DNA of 64,000 nt from contig OX597814.1 of the NCBI GenBank assembly GCA_951406725.2, positions 141,918,001 through 141,982,000 on the forward strand, read 5' to 3'. Shown here one piece after another: positions 63,954 to 64,000 of this stretch. Numbering within the stretch: the stretch's first letter is position 1; each line of letters starts with the position of its first letter. The notes under the pieces are model-generated. The model was not told the DNA's origin and ran no database searches. It worked only from the letters and a program-made list of their open reading frames with translations. The DNA comes from Octopus vulgaris (lineage: Eukaryota). The translations under genes were made by a program, and so were the position numbers.

Positions 63954-64000
63954 ATATGTATATATGTGTATATATATGTGTATATGTATGTGTATATGTA

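Overview
AT-rich, repeat-dense animal genomic DNA. The SINE families look like those of Octopus (inference from repeat recognition only). From about 3.6 to 24.5 kb there are eight + strand coding exons with GT-AG sites and consistent phases. They encode the C-terminal half of a Raw/OLRN-1-like protein (EF-hand-like linker, hydrophobic segment, second nucleoside-2-deoxyribosyltransferase-like repeat). A SINE-poor stretch after the stop may be a long 3'UTR. The rest is a transposon landscape: tRNA-type and RTE-tailed SINEs, piggyBac/hAT/mariner MITEs and fossils, non-autonomous Helitrons (one a head-to-tail array), a Helitron helicase fossil, two R4/Dong-like endonuclease fragments in (TACA)n, three 8-bp-TSD MITEs (two with TTAGGG-like cores), and an RTE LINE with a 5' inversion. 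The most striking item is an intact minimal hammerhead ribozyme core with a greatly extended stem II (minus strand, 40709-40818). It lies inside a ~180-bp near-perfect inverted repeat whose inner end falls almost exactly at the predicted cleavage site.
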